NCBI GenBank assembly: GCA_017616435.1
Contig: JAFZYC010000078.1
Span: 29,716 to 93,715 of the forward strand
Source: Clostridia bacterium
GTDB lineage: Bacteria; Bacillota; Clostridia; Christensenellales; CAG-138
Direction of reading: 5' to 3'
DNA length: 64,000 nt
Part shown: positions 18,025 through 28,872 of the stretch, piece by piece
Layout of the letters: every line of letters begins with the position of its first letter
Position numbering within the stretch: the stretch's first letter is position 1
Notes under the pieces: model-generated
Told to the model about the DNA's origin: nothing
What the model saw: the letters and a program-made list of their open reading frames with translations, nothing else
Databases searched by the model: none
Position numbers and translations under genes: made by a program

Positions 18025-18513
18025 TTATTTAAGGTCTTCCGAAGGATCTTCGGGCTTATTTTCGGGTTCAAGCTGTTTCTTGAGTTTTTTGATCTCGCTT
18101 CTCGCAAGTTCGTCGCAGCGGTTGTTGAATTCGTTATCTGAATGACCTTTGACCTTATGCCAGCTCACCTTGTGAATCGCAGTAAGCTGGATCATGCGTT
18201 CCCACAGATCGCGATTCTCGACCGGATGTTTATTCGATTTTTTCCAACCGTTGTTTTCCCAGTTGGTCAGCCATCCCTTTAAGAATGAATCGCTCAGATA
18301 CGCGCTGTCCGTATAGATATCGACCTCGCAGCTTTGTTTCAAAGCCTCAAGGCCTTTTATGGCTGCAGTGATCTCCATGCGGTTGTTAGTGGTTTCCGCC
18401 TCGCCGCCGGATATCTCTTTAGCGACTGTCTTGTACATCAGTATCGCCGCCCAGCCGCCTATGCCCGGATTTACCGAGCAGGCGCCGTCGGTATAGATCG
18501 TGACCTTTTTCAT
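18025..18513 (-). CDS. rnhA: Ribonuclease HI
   Basis: YTDGAC, TNNRMEITA, YTDSAY, KVKGHS, NNRCDELA. Start at ATG 18513 overlaps the nitroreductase stop. Confidence 0.95.
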   Translation of the reverse strand: MKKVTIYTDGACSVNPGIGGWAAILMYKTVAKEISGGEAETTNNRMEITAAIKGLEALKQSCEVDIYTDSAYLSDSFLKGWLTNWENNGWKKSNKHPVENRDLWERMIQLTAIHKVSWHKVKGHSDNEFNNRCDELARSEIKKLKKQLEPENKPEDPSEDLK

Positions 18514-19253
18514 GCTTCGAGATTGTAATCGGCCGTGAACAACGGAAGCCTGTCTTCGACCTGCCAGTCGCCGTATACGCCGCAGTGAGCCGCGCCGATC
18601 TCGATATGCAGCATAGCTATGCCGCAGTCGATGCCTCCGTAACCGAAGTTCTTTGAAACGCACGCGATCTGCATTGAATCCGACAAAACGTCAAACTCCC
18701 ATGGCTGAACGTTCCTTGCTGAAGGCGCAAGCCTGCCGCACTCGATCGCGCACCGCTGCCAATCGGGAAGGTTTTTAAAAGCTTCTTCATCAAGACCGGT
18801 AAGATTATATATTGTTTTGCGCGTCCTTTTATGTGTGGGCTGCTGATCGAAATGTCCAATGGATATCATGCAGCGGAGTTTTTCGTCGTTATCGAGGCGA
18901 AGGAACGATTTTGCGAGCGCTTTGTTATAGGAAAGCCCAAGCCAGCAGGTGCCGTATCCCAGGGCGGTGCATTCAAGAACAAAAGCTTCTCCGACAGTTC
19001 CGACCATATAATCGTTATCGTCGCCGCGTGATATTATCGCCGCGAACGTATCCGTTCCGGAGATTGTTTTGCCTATGATGGGATCGAACATCCCGTCCTT
19101 TTTTCCGACGATGATCCTTACATCGTCAGTGCTGAAATATTGAGCGGCTTCCTTTAACGTCAGCAGTTCATCGCGGCTTACGCTTCTTGAATATTTGCGA
19201 ACGGAAACCCTTTTCCATATCGCTTCATACCATCTTTCCATTGAAGGTTCCAC
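18510..19253 (-). CDS. Nitroreductase family protein
   Basis: RVSVRKYS, LGYGTCW, LAPSARNVQPW, IDCGIAMLH. Confidence 0.85.
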   Translation of the reverse strand: MEPSMERWYEAIWKRVSVRKYSRSVSRDELLTLKEAAQYFSTDDVRIIVGKKDGMFDPIIGKTISGTDTFAAIISRGDDNDYMVGTVGEAFVLECTALGYGTCWLGLSYNKALAKSFLRLDNDEKLRCMISIGHFDQQPTHKRTRKTIYNLTGLDEEAFKNLPDWQRCAIECGRLAPSARNVQPWEFDVLSDSMQIACVSKNFGYGGIDCGIAMLHIEIGAAHCGVYGDWQVEDRLPLFTADYNLEA

Positions 19254-19277
19254 AGTGCCCTCTCCCCCGTCCTTTTG

Positions 19278-22103
19278 TTATTTTCTGAGTATTTCATTAA
19301 GAAATTGACCGGTGTAGCTTTTTTTGCACGCGGCCACTTCTTCGGGAGTGCCGCATGCGACAACGGTTCCGCCGTCATTACCGCCCTCGGGACCGAGATC
19401 GATTATGTAGTCGGCAGATTTGATCACGTCGAGATTATGCTCGATAACGAGCACTGAGCTCCCGCCGTCGCAGAGCCGCTGCAGTATCTGCAGAAGCCTC
19501 TCTACATCGGCCACATGTAGACCGGTCGTCGGCTCGTCGAGCACGTAGAGCGTACGCCCGGTGTTCTTGCGCGCAAGCTCGGTAGCAAGCTTTACTCGCT
19601 GCGCCTCTCCGCCCGAAAGCGTTGTGGAGGGTTGCCCGAGCTTGATATAGCCGAGGCCGACGTCGCAGAGCGTTTCGAGCTTCTTTGCGATCTTGGGCAG
19701 CGGCTTAAAGAAATGATAAGCCTCCTCGGCGGTCATGTCAAGCACTTCCGCGATGGTCTTGCCCTTGTATCTGACCTCGAGCGTCTCCCTGTTGTATCGC
19801 TTGCCCTTGCAGACCTCGCACGGGACGTATACGTCGGAAAGGAAATGCATCTCGATCTTAAGTATACCGTCGCCGGAGCAGGCTTCGCATCGTCCGCCCT
19901 TGACATTGAAGCTGAACCTTCCGGCACTGTAGCCGCGCAGCTTCGCATCGGGCGTCTGTGCGAATACCTCCCTGATGAGATCGAACACGCCCGTATAAGT
20001 TGCGGGGTTGCTCCTCGGCGTGCGTCCTATCGGTGACTGGTCGATGTCTATGATCTTATCCAGAGCTTCGACGCCTTCGATGGAATCGTGATCGCCGGGA
20101 CGAATCCTTGCGCGGTTAAGGTCGCGAAGCAGGCTCTTTTTGATTATCTCGTTTACAAGGCTCGATTTGCCCGAGCCGGAAACGCCCGTTACGCAGGTAA
20201 ACACGCCGAGCGGGATACTGACGTCGATATTCTTGAGATTGTTGACGCGAGCCCCCTTTACAGTGAGCCACTTGTCTCCGATACTGCGGCGTTTTTCGGG
20301 TATCAGAATAGCGCGCTTTCCTGTCAGGAACTGGCCGGTAACCGATTCCGGAACGGCCATAATCTCCTCAAGTGAACCCTGCGCGATAATGTTTCCGCCG
20401 TGTTCGCCGGCGCCGACGCCAATATCCACGATGTGATCCGCAGTTCGGATCGTTTCCTCGTCATGCTCAACGACTATGAGCGTGTTGCCGAGGTCCCGTA
20501 GCCCGCACAACGCGTCGAGAAGCTTTCTGTTGTCGCGCTGATGCAGCCCGATGCTTGGCTCGTCGAGTATGTAAAGAACGCCAACAAGGCCGGAGCCTAT
20601 TTGAGTAGCGAGCCTGATCCTTTGCGCTTCGCCGCCAGAAAGCGAAGAGGACGAACGCGAGAGCGTAAGATAATCGAGACCTACGTTGATCAGGAAACCG
20701 AGCCTCGAATCGAGCTCCTTGACGATCTGCTCGGCTATCATAGCCTCCGATTGTGTGAGCTTGAGGCCGTTCAAGAACTCCTTTGCCTTCCTGATGGACA
20801 TATCCGAAACGTCGGCGATCGAAAGCCCGCCGACAGTCACGGCAAGCGTTTCGGGCTTAAGCCTCTTTCCGTGGCAGGCAGAACAGGGCGTGTTGCGCAT
20901 GTACTGCTCAAGCTCCTGCTTTGCCCAGTCGGACTGCGTTTCCCTGTAACGCCTCTGCAGATTGGGTATAACGCCTTCAAATGGCGTGTCGAACGTTCCG
21001 CTGCCGTATTCCTTCTGATACTTGACATGGAGCTTCTTTTCTCCGGTGCCGTAAAGCAGCGCGCGGCGTCCGGCTTCGGGGATATCTTTCCAAGGCGTAT
21101 CCCCCGTGAAGCCGTATTCCTTTTCGATCGCAGTCAAATACATGCTCGCGATAGTGTTTTTGGAATTGCTCTGCCAGCCTGAAACGGAGATCGCGCCGTC
21201 GTTGAGCGAAAGCTTCGTATCTGGAACGACGAGCTGCTCGTCGATGGTAAGCGTGAAGCCCAAACCGGTACATTCCGGACATGCGCCGAATGGGCTGTTG
21301 AACGAGAACATCCTCGGAGTGAGTTCCTCGATGCTTATACCGCAGTCGGGACATGCGTAGTTCTGCGAAAACAGAAACTCCTCCCCGTCGGTCTTCACTA
21401 CCTTTGCCAATCCGTCGCCGAAACTGAAGGCGGTTTCGAGCGAATCGCTCAGTCTCGAAGCGACGCCGGGCCTTACAACGAGCCTGTCGACGACCGCGTC
21501 GATCGTATGCTTCTTCTTTTTGTCGAGATCCGGCACTTCATTTATGTCATAGATCTCACCGTCGACTTTTACACGGACGTAACCCTCTTTGCGTATCCGT
21601 TCGAATACGCTCTTATGCTCGCCCTTTCTCGCCCTTACGACAGGAGCTATAACGAGTATGCGCGTACCCTCTTCAAACGCCATGACGCGGTCGACGACCT
21701 GATCTATGCTCTGTTTTTCAATGGGCTTTCCGCACTGAGGACAATGCGGATGACCGATCCGCGCATAAAGCAGACGCAGATAATCGCTAATTTCCGTAAC
21801 AGTGCCGACTGTCGAACGGGGATTGTTCGAAGTGCTCTTCTGATCTATAGATATCGCCGGCGAAAGCCCCTCTATATGATCGACTTCGGGTTTATCCATC
21901 TGGCCCAAAAACTGGCGTGCGTAAGCGGAAAGCGACTCGACATATCTCCTCTGCCCCTCCGCGTAGATCGTGTCGAACGCGAGCGATGATTTACCCGAAC
22001 CGGAAACGCCGGTAAACACTATTAACTTATTTCGGGGGAGTTCAAGCGTGACGTTTTTGAGGTTGTTTTCCCTTGCTCCCTCTATATAGATGCAGTCCTT
22101 CAT
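19278..22103 (-). CDS. uvrA: Excinuclease ABC subunit A
   Basis: Two GVSGSGKSS Walker A motifs, two LSGGEAQR signatures, zinc fingers; 941 aa. Confidence 0.98.
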   Translation of the reverse strand: MKDCIYIEGARENNLKNVTLELPRNKLIVFTGVSGSGKSSLAFDTIYAEGQRRYVESLSAYARQFLGQMDKPEVDHIEGLSPAISIDQKSTSNNPRSTVGTVTEISDYLRLLYARIGHPHCPQCGKPIEKQSIDQVVDRVMAFEEGTRILVIAPVVRARKGEHKSVFERIRKEGYVRVKVDGEIYDINEVPDLDKKKKHTIDAVVDRLVVRPGVASRLSDSLETAFSFGDGLAKVVKTDGEEFLFSQNYACPDCGISIEELTPRMFSFNSPFGACPECTGLGFTLTIDEQLVVPDTKLSLNDGAISVSGWQSNSKNTIASMYLTAIEKEYGFTGDTPWKDIPEAGRRALLYGTGEKKLHVKYQKEYGSGTFDTPFEGVIPNLQRRYRETQSDWAKQELEQYMRNTPCSACHGKRLKPETLAVTVGGLSIADVSDMSIRKAKEFLNGLKLTQSEAMIAEQIVKELDSRLGFLINVGLDYLTLSRSSSSLSGGEAQRIRLATQIGSGLVGVLYILDEPSIGLHQRDNRKLLDALCGLRDLGNTLIVVEHDEETIRTADHIVDIGVGAGEHGGNIIAQGSLEEIMAVPESVTGQFLTGKRAILIPEKRRSIGDKWLTVKGARVNNLKNIDVSIPLGVFTCVTGVSGSGKSSLVNEIIKKSLLRDLNRARIRPGDHDSIEGVEALDKIIDIDQSPIGRTPRSNPATYTGVFDLIREVFAQTPDAKLRGYSAGRFSFNVKGGRCEACSGDGILKIEMHFLSDVYVPCEVCKGKRYNRETLEVRYKGKTIAEVLDMTAEEAYHFFKPLPKIAKKLETLCDVGLGYIKLGQPSTTLSGGEAQRVKLATELARKNTGRTLYVLDEPTTGLHVADVERLLQILQRLCDGGSSVLVIEHNLDVIKSADYIIDLGPEGGNDGGTVVACGTPEEVAACKKSYTGQFLNEILRK

Positions 22104-24124
22104 TTTCTGGTCCTTTGCTTTGCTTTTCTTCTGCTGCCGACAGTGCCGGGAACAGGCCTGTCTGTGCCGTCGGGTTCCTTGCCCTGAAGCCTATAGAGTT
22201 CGTCGCGAAGCTTGGCCGCTTCCTCGAACTCGAGCTCCATAGCCGCCTGACGCATCTGTTCGGAGATGAGCCTTATCCTCTCCTCCCTCTCTGCTTCGGT
22301 CATGCCTTCCTTTGAGGGCTTTGCCTTAGAGCTTATCTCAATGACGTCGTGCACCGCTTTTCTGATGCTTTGCGGAGTGATCCCGTGCTCTTCGTTGTAT
22401 TTATTCTGTTTATCGCGGCGCCTGTTTGTTTCGTCTATCGCGCGCTGCATGGAATCGGTTATCGTGTCGGCATACATTATGACCCTGCCGTCTACGTTCC
22501 TCGCGGCTCGTCCGACCGTCTGAACGAGCGAAGTAGTCGAGCGCAGGAAGCCCTCCTTGTCTGCGTCAAGTATTGCGACAAGTCCGACCTCGGGAAGATC
22601 CAGCCCCTCTCGCAGCAGATTTATGCCGACTAAGACATCGAACTCGCCGAGGCGAAGATCTCGTATGATCTCCATCCTTTCGATGGTCTCGATATCGGAA
22701 TGCATGTATCGGACGCGAACGCCCATTCCGTCGAGGTATTCCGTCAGCATCTCCGCCATTCGCTTGGTAAGCGTCGTTACGAGCGTCCTGTAGCCCTTCT
22801 GAGCCGTTTGCCTTATCTCGCCGAGAAGATCATCGACCTGGCCTGTGACGGGCCGTATGACTATCTCGGGATCCACAAGACCGGTAGGCCTGATTATCTG
22901 CTCCGCGATCTGCGATGCGTGCGAGAGCTCGTATTCGGCGGGTGTTGCGCTAACGCAAATAAGCTGGTTCACGCGGTCTTCGAATTCGTCGAATGTCAGT
23001 GGGCGGTTGTCGTACGCGCTCGGTATCCTGAAACCGTATTCGACAAGTTCGGTTTTGCGTGAGAGATCCCCCCGGTACATGGCTCTGAGCTGAGGAAGAG
23101 TTACATGCGATTCGTCAATGATTGTCAGGAACCCCTTCGGGAAATAGTCCATGAGAGTAAACGGAGGCTCGCCTGGCTTTCTGCCGTCGAAATACCTTGA
23201 ATAGTTCTCGATCCCCTGACAGTAGCCTATCTCGCGTATCATCTCCATATCGTACGTCGTGCGCTGTTCGATACGCTGCGCTTCCAAAAGCTTGTTTTCT
23301 GCCTTGAACTCTTCGACGCGTTTCATCATATCACGCTTTATTTCGTCCAGGGCATCCTCCGTCTTATCCTTGTCCGCAGCATAATGTGTCGCGGGGAATA
23401 TGACGACATGCGCGAGCGTTCTGATCGGCGCGCCTGTCACGACGGTTATTTCGGAGATGTTCTCTATCTCATCTCCGAATAGCTCTATCCTGATCGCCTT
23501 TTCCGCCTCGTTCATCGGGAAGACCTCTATCACGTCCCCCTTCACCCTGAACGTGCCGCGGGAAAAATCGAGCTCGTTTCTCTGATACTGCATGTCTACG
23601 AGCTTATGGAGTATCGTGTCGCGCTCTATGTTCATTCCTATACGGAGCGATAAGCTCATCCGCATGTATTCCTCGGGAGAACCGAGTGCGTATATGCATG
23701 AAACGGATGCGACTATAATGACGTCCCTGCGCTCATTGAGCGCGCAGGTCGCGCTGTGACGAAGACGATCTATCTCCTCGTTTACGGTGGATTCTTTTTC
23801 GATATAGGTATCGGAGGACGCGATATAAGCCTCCGGCTGGTAGTAATCGTAGTAGCTTACGAAGTACTCTACGGCCGAATCCGGGAAGAACTCTCTCAGC
23901 TCGGAGCAAAGCTGCGCCGCGAGCGTCTTGTTGTGCGCGATGACGAGTGTGGGCATCTGCACCTTTTCTATGACCTTCGCCATCGTGAAGGTCTTGCCGG
24001 AGCCAGTAACGCCCAGCAGTACCTGGAGCCTGTCGCCGCGCAGCACGCCCTCCGCAAGCTTGTCGATCGCCTGCGGCTGATCGCCCGTCGGTTCGAATGG
24101 CGATACTGCTTTGAATACGTTCAT
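22100..24124 (-). CDS. uvrB: Excinuclease ABC subunit B
   Basis: [41 protein letters not shown]-terminal UVR domain. Start set at ATG 24124 behind GGGAG. Confidence 0.98.
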   Translation of the reverse strand: MNVFKAVSPFEPTGDQPQAIDKLAEGVLRGDRLQVLLGVTGSGKTFTMAKVIEKVQMPTLVIAHNKTLAAQLCSELREFFPDSAVEYFVSYYDYYQPEAYIASSDTYIEKESTVNEEIDRLRHSATCALNERRDVIIVASVSCIYALGSPEEYMRMSLSLRIGMNIERDTILHKLVDMQYQRNELDFSRGTFRVKGDVIEVFPMNEAEKAIRIELFGDEIENISEITVVTGAPIRTLAHVVIFPATHYAADKDKTEDALDEIKRDMMKRVEEFKAENKLLEAQRIEQRTTYDMEMIREIGYCQGIENYSRYFDGRKPGEPPFTLMDYFPKGFLTIIDESHVTLPQLRAMYRGDLSRKTELVEYGFRIPSAYDNRPLTFDEFEDRVNQLICVSATPAEYELSHASQIAEQIIRPTGLVDPEIVIRPVTGQVDDLLGEIRQTAQKGYRTLVTTLTKRMAEMLTEYLDGMGVRVRYMHSDIETIERMEIIRDLRLGEFDVLVGINLLREGLDLPEVGLVAILDADKEGFLRSTTSLVQTVGRAARNVDGRVIMYADTITDSMQRAIDETNRRRDKQNKYNEEHGITPQSIRKAVHDVIEISSKAKPSKEGMTEAEREERIRLISEQMRQAAMELEFEEAAKLRDELYRLQGKEPDGTDRPVPGTVGSRRKAKQRTRK

Positions 24125-24189
24125 GATCGGATTCTCCCTAAATAATCTCAATCTGCATTATACCACCAAACGACCCGATATGAAAGCAT

Positions 24190-24203
24190 CAAATGTATGT
24201 TTC
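24190..24203. promoter_or_regulatory. Possible LexA (SOS) box upstream of uvrB
   Basis: CAAATGTATGTTTC has two mismatches to the Firmicute consensus CGAACRNRYGTTYC and lies next to the uvrB -35 region (extended -10 TGGTATAAT, hexamer at 24157-24162). Confidence 0.4.
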
Positions 24204-24283
24204 CCTAAATTGGCGCGAGTACCATTATTCCACGATTGAATGAATTATAATGCGCATGCTATCATCATTCCGAGGTGAATACC

Positions 24284-24454
24284 ATGTTCAGATCGATCCT
24301 GTTTGCCGTGTATGCAATGCTTATTCCGGTTGTCCCGCTGTACGGCGTCGGACACTACCGCAAAAACAAAGACCGAACAAAGGAGATCTGCTGCTGGGTC
24401 TTATTTGCTTTGCAGCTGCTTGTTTCGGTCGGAAGCGTTATCGCTTACGTATAA
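24284..24454 (+). CDS. 56-aa small membrane protein (not in the ORF track)
   Basis: GAGGTG RBS 6 nt before ATG; MFRSILFAVYAMLIPVVPLYGVGHYRKNKDRTKEICCWVLFALQLLVSVGSVIAYV; TATAAT at 24246-24251; fills an otherwise empty gap. Confidence 0.7.
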   Translation: MFRSILFAVYAMLIPVVPLYGVGHYRKNKDRTKEICCWVLFALQLLVSVGSVIAYV

Positions 24455-24478
24455 AAAAGGCCGGAGATTTCTCCGGCC
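24453..24478 (-). terminator. Intrinsic terminator of the ECF S-component gene
   Basis: GGCCGGAG-aaat-CTCCGGCC-TTTTTT on the minus strand. Confidence 0.8.
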
Positions 24479-24493
24479 GAATGTGTAATAGTA

Positions 24494-25339
24494 TTATTTC
24501 TTTGCGATGCTCTTTTCGCCGATGCGTATCAGCATGACGATAGCGGGACTTAGTATAAGGTTTATCACAAGCTCGAATATGAAGTTCATTCCGACAAGGC
24601 CTACGATCATGAACGTGCCGACATTGGTTCCGCCGGCCCATTCTTTGATAGTATCAAAGAAGAACAGATAGCAGCCGAGAAGGAATATTCCGGTGTTGAC
24701 GATCGGGCAAACCGCAGCTGATACGAATACCGCAGCTGAAACGTCCAGCACGGGACGCTTGATTAAAGTGTACGCGATAAGCGCAAGGCCAACTGCCGCG
24801 AGTATCGCGCCTATCACTATGAGAGTCGTACCCGACATAGTGGAGACCGATTCATTACCTGTGGAACTGCGGACCACAGCCGATACCTCGGGAATCGCGC
24901 CGGTGTTTTGCTTAACGCCGAATATGATGAGGAAAGCGCCTGCGGCCATCAGAAGCACACTGCCTATGCACATGGCAAGACGGCCGGTCGTTTCCTTGCC
25001 CGAAAGGAGTCTGTAAACGAGGCCGGATACAAGACCGGCGAGTATGCCCTTTGCAAGCACTGTGACGATAGTGCCGAAGGGGTTTATGGTCATAAACAAG
25101 TGCGCGTCGCCCGAGATTAGCACGACCAAGCCGAAAACAAGACCGAGCCATGCGCCTGCGCCGACGCCGTAAAGAGCGGCGCCAACTACTATGGGCATGA
25201 GCACAAGGGATACGGAGAATGTACCGAACCTGATAGTCGCGCCGATAAGCTGAAGCACGACCACTATAGCGGTCAGAAGCCCAAGGCCGACGAGCTTTCT
25301 CGTATCGAAGCCCCTGGTTGCGCTTTTGGTAACACTCAT
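24494..25339 (-). CDS. ECF transporter S component (PanT-like) with an internal insertion
   Basis: LVLMPIVVGAALYG...GAWLGLVFG, CPIVNTGIF, NFIFELVINLILSP; highly hydrophobic. Confidence 0.8.
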   Translation of the reverse strand: MSVTKSATRGFDTRKLVGLGLLTAIVVVLQLIGATIRFGTFSVSLVLMPIVVGAALYGVGAGAWLGLVFGLVVLISGDAHLFMTINPFGTIVTVLAKGILAGLVSGLVYRLLSGKETTGRLAMCIGSVLLMAAGAFLIIFGVKQNTGAIPEVSAVVRSSTGNESVSTMSGTTLIVIGAILAAVGLALIAYTLIKRPVLDVSAAVFVSAAVCPIVNTGIFLLGCYLFFFDTIKEWAGGTNVGTFMIVGLVGMNFIFELVINLILSPAIVMLIRIGEKSIAKK

Positions 25340-25377
25340 TTGATCATTCCTCCATAAGTATCAAGAATAACAAGGCA

Positions 25378-25406
25378 ATTATACAGTTTAAGTATCGGCA
25401 TGTCCA
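25378..25406 (-). promoter_or_regulatory. Sigma-A promoter of the ECF S gene
   Basis: TGGACA-17 bp-TATAAT. Confidence 0.65.
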
Positions 25407-25418
25407 ATATATTACCGA

Positions 25419-26063
25419 TCATTTGGCCGGCTCCAAAACCACGGTAAGGAGCTTGTCGGTTTTGGAATATTTGAACTCGGCGAGGCGTATCCCGTAGACG
25501 AAGCTCGTTTTCGAAGACCCTGCCAGCAGTATATCGAGAGCGCCGCGTATCTTTGCGAGCGCATCATCCCTGTCGGAAGGGGCGGCTGCATGGGACAGAC
25601 AGAGCAATAACTCCTCCGCTATCATATCGAGCTTCTGTGACGAATCGTTGTCCGGCTCCTGGGTGCTGAAAGTGCTGCCCTCAAACATATCCTCGGTCTG
25701 CTGAGGCGATTCATCAGGTTCGAGCGTCCGGACTATCTGCATGCACAGCACTCCCGACTTGCAGTAAGCGGTGACGGTGGCAAATGTATCGTCTGCTTTG
25801 CTTTTATATGACAGCGATGAAAGGTCCTTGCCGTCGGTGTACTCTCCACCGAGCTCAGCTGCCAAGGCGTGTATAGCTTCATAACAGGGATCCTCGGTCG
25901 GAGCGGGCGTCGGATTGCCGCCGTACTGTCCGGTAAGGTTCTTTTTTCCGAATACGGCGCAAAGTATTATGAAAGCGGCGACCGCGGCGACGCATAGCGC
26001 GGGTATGACCGTTTTCTCAAAGCGCATCCTTCTTTCGAGCTTTGCTTTTTCTCCTGTACTCAT
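25419..26063 (-). CDS. Hypothetical single-pass membrane protein
   Basis: One N-terminal hydrophobic helix, then a PTPAPTE linker and an acidic exported domain; follows leuS. Confidence 0.7.
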   Translation of the reverse strand: MSTGEKAKLERRMRFEKTVIPALCVAAVAAFIILCAVFGKKNLTGQYGGNPTPAPTEDPCYEAIHALAAELGGEYTDGKDLSSLSYKSKADDTFATVTAYCKSGVLCMQIVRTLEPDESPQQTEDMFEGSTFSTQEPDNDSSQKLDMIAEELLLCLSHAAAPSDRDDALAKIRGALDILLAGSSKTSFVYGIRLAEFKYSKTDKLLTVVLEPAK

Positions 26064-26113
26064 AGCCTATAAACTGTCGGAAGGCGCGCAGCAGTATCCT
26101 GTGCGCCGTTCTT

Positions 26114-28522
26114 TTACACTACTACGACGTTAACTATGTTCTTAATTGCGATGAACTTCTTAAGAGTCTTGCCCTCAATGAAGGGAGCAAGATCGGGACA
26201 GCTCATTACGAGCTCCTGCAGATCCTCCTTGGAGATATCCGCAGGCACGGTCAGCCTTGTGCGCAGCTTTCCGTTGACCTGGATGCCCAGCTCCATCTCG
26301 TTCTTGACGAGCGCGCTCTCATCCCATTTGGGCCAGCTGGCCTCATAGAGAGGAGCAAAGCCCAGCTTCTCGTTCATCTCCTCGGCGATATGAGGTGCAA
26401 ACGGATCGAGCAGTATGAGCAGGGTCCGCATCTCGTCGCGAGTGATGCTGCCGTTCGCATAGATATCGTTGACGAAGCTCATCATGCCGGCGATCGCCGT
26501 ATTGAACTTCATTCGCTCGATATCCTCCGTCACCTTCTTTATGCAGGTGTGGAGCGCGCAGCGCATCTCGGGACGCTCCCCTTCCCCTTTTACCATATCA
26601 AGCATGCGCCAGACGCGGTCAAGGAACCTGCGGCAGCCCATTACGCCCGTTGTGGACCAGGGTATTGTCTGCTCGAATGCGCCTATGAACATCTCATAGA
26701 GTCTCACGGTATCGGCGCCGAGATCGCGGCAGAGATCGTCCGGATTGATTACATTGCCGAAGCTCTTGGACATTTTACGCCCGTCCTCGGCCAATATCAT
26801 GCCGTGGCTCGTACGCTTGAGATAGGGCTCGGGGCAGCTCACGACGCCTATATCGTAGAGGAACTTATGCCAGAACCTCGAATACAGCAGATGCAGGGTG
26901 GTGTGTTCCATGCCTCCGTTGTACCAGTCGACGGGCATCCAGTAATCGAGCGCCTCCTTGGAAGCGAGCGCCTTGTCGTTATGCGGATCGCAGTATCTGA
27001 GGAAGTACCAGCTAGAGCCCGCCCAGTTGGGCATAGTGTCGATCTCCCTTTCCGCGGGAGCGCCGCACTTCGGGCAGGTCGTGTGTATCCAGTCAGTCGC
27101 CCTCGCGAGCGCGGAAGAACCGTCGTCTGCGGGTTTGTAATTGTCGATCTCGGGAAGAGTCAGCGGGAGCTGATCCTCGGGTATGGGCACCCAACCGCAG
27201 TGCTCGCAGTACACAAGGGGGATCGGCTCGCCCCAATACCTCTGACGGGAGAACAGCCAGTCGCGGAGCTTGAAGTTCGTCTTCTTGTGCCCGATGCCCT
27301 TCTTCTCCAAATAATCGATGATAGCTTTTTTCGCTTCTTCGACCTGCATCCCGTTGAGGAATCCGGAATTGACCATGACGCCGGTCTCGCAATCGGTGAA
27401 GGCTTCCTTCTCGATATCGCCGCCGGCGACGACCTCTATAACAGGAATGTTGAACTTCCTTGCGAACTCCCAGTCGCGGGTGTCGTGCCCGGGAACTGCC
27501 ATGATCGCGCCGGTGCCGTATCCCATAAGGACGTAATCGGATATCCAAACGGGTATGGGCTCGTTCGTGCAGGGATTTATTGCGTAAACGCCTTCAAGCG
27601 GGACGCCGGTCTTATCCTTAGCGAGCTCGCTGCGTTCGAAATCGCTCTTATGGGAAGCCTGCTCGCGGTATTCGAGCACTGCGTCCATGTTCTTGATGCG
27701 ATCCTTCATAGCGTCGACGAGAGGATGCTCGGGAGCGACGACCATGTATGTCGCTCCGAACATCGTATCTGGCCTTGTGGTATAGATCTTCAAGCCCTCG
27801 GGGTAACCGTCGATGGCAAAAGTGACCTCGGCGCCGGTCGATCGTCCGATCCAATTGCGCTGAGTGGCCTTGACCCTGTCGATGAAATCGACCTTGTCGA
27901 GGTCGTCGATCAGCCTGTCGGCGTAAGCCGTGATCTTGAGCATCCACTGGCTCCTGACCATGCGTACAACAGGCGCGCCGCATCGCTCGCAGGTGCCGTC
28001 TATCACCTCTTCGTTGGCAAGGCCAACCTTGCAGGAAGTACAGAAATTGATGGGCAGCTCCGCCTTGTAGGCAAGCCCCTTTTCAAACAGCTTCAGGAAT
28101 ATCCACTGCGTCCATTTATAGTATTCGGGATCGGAGGTGTAAAGCTCCCTTGAATAATCGAAGCTTAATCCGAGCATCTGCATCTGACGGCGGAAGACGG
28201 AGATGTTGCGCTCCGTGACCTTTCTGGGATGTTCGCCCGTCTTGATCGCGTAATTCTCTGTGGGGAGGCCGAAGCTGTCGTAACCGATCGGGAAAAGCAC
28301 GTTGTAGCCCTCAAGCCTCTTTTTCCTCGCGATCACGTCCAGCGCGGTATAGGGGCGCGGATGACCGACATGCAGTCCTGCTCCGCTCGGGAACGGGAAC
28401 TCGATCAGCGCATAATACTTGGGAAGCGAATGATCCTCTTTCGCTTCAAAGCAATGCGCGTTTGTCCATTTGTCCTGCCATTTTCTTTCAATGGCGATAT
28501 GGTCGTATCTGTCTGCTGCCAT
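26114..28522 (-). CDS. leuS: Leucine--tRNA ligase
   Basis: PFPSGAGLHVGH (HIGH), TTRPDT and GTGAIMAVPGHD editing motifs, KMSKS; preceded by a Leu T-box. Confidence 0.98.
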   Translation of the reverse strand: MAADRYDHIAIERKWQDKWTNAHCFEAKEDHSLPKYYALIEFPFPSGAGLHVGHPRPYTALDVIARKKRLEGYNVLFPIGYDSFGLPTENYAIKTGEHPRKVTERNISVFRRQMQMLGLSFDYSRELYTSDPEYYKWTQWIFLKLFEKGLAYKAELPINFCTSCKVGLANEEVIDGTCERCGAPVVRMVRSQWMLKITAYADRLIDDLDKVDFIDRVKATQRNWIGRSTGAEVTFAIDGYPEGLKIYTTRPDTMFGATYMVVAPEHPLVDAMKDRIKNMDAVLEYREQASHKSDFERSELAKDKTGVPLEGVYAINPCTNEPIPVWISDYVLMGYGTGAIMAVPGHDTRDWEFARKFNIPVIEVVAGGDIEKEAFTDCETGVMVNSGFLNGMQVEEAKKAIIDYLEKKGIGHKKTNFKLRDWLFSRQRYWGEPIPLVYCEHCGWVPIPEDQLPLTLPEIDNYKPADDGSSALARATDWIHTTCPKCGAPAEREIDTMPNWAGSSWYFLRYCDPHNDKALASKEALDYWMPVDWYNGGMEHTTLHLLYSRFWHKFLYDIGVVSCPEPYLKRTSHGMILAEDGRKMSKSFGNVINPDDLCRDLGADTVRLYEMFIGAFEQTIPWSTTGVMGCRRFLDRVWRMLDMVKGEGERPEMRCALHTCIKKVTEDIERMKFNTAIAGMMSFVNDIYANGSITRDEMRTLLILLDPFAPHIAEEMNEKLGFAPLYEASWPKWDESALVKNEMELGIQVNGKLRTRLTVPADISKEDLQELVMSCPDLAPFIEGKTLKKFIAIKNIVNVVVV

Positions 28523-28538
28523 ATTCTGCTCCTTATAT

Positions 28539-28781
28539 AAAAATACGCCCCGTCTCCTAAGGAGACGAAGCTGAGATTGCTCCGCGGTACCACTCCGGTT
28601 GATGCCATAAGCACCCGCTCGAATACGGTTAACGCCCGTCTACGCCCTCCCTATCGCATAAGCCTCGGCAAGGGGGCTCCGCGGTGAGATTCGGTATCTG
28701 CTCTGCCGTCTTGCACCGACCGACGGCTCTCTGTAAATAGGCGGGATACCTACTGCTCCGCTTCACAGCCTTTATTTTGTT
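28539..28781 (-). ncRNA. T-box riboswitch leader with Leu (CUC) specifier
   Basis: AGTA and AGAGAG stem-I motifs, GGTG, GAATCTCACC (specifier CTC at 28686-28688), T-box GGAGTGGTACCGCG, terminator CGTCTCC-tta-GGAGACG...TTTTT. Confidence 0.92.
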
Positions 28782-28787
28782 CTGCTA

Positions 28788-28816
28788 ATTATAATCAGAC
28801 TGAAATAATATGTCAA
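28788..28816 (-). promoter_or_regulatory. Sigma-A promoter of T-box-leuS
   Basis: Perfect TTGACA-17 bp-TATAAT. Confidence 0.9.
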
Positions 28817-28837
28817 GAGGGATTATTAAAGAAATGC

Positions 28838-28860
28838 AAAAGGCGCCTTTGTCCGGCGCC
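28838..28860 (-). terminator. Terminator of spoVT
   Basis: GGCGCC-7 nt-GGCGCC-TTTT on the minus strand. Confidence 0.55.
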
Positions 28861-28872
28861 CCGATTCTTTCG

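Noticed and set aside
26390-28153. 587-aa plus-strand ORF
   Set aside because: Antisense shadow of leuS; no motifs or RBS. Long reverse frames are expected with this codon bias.
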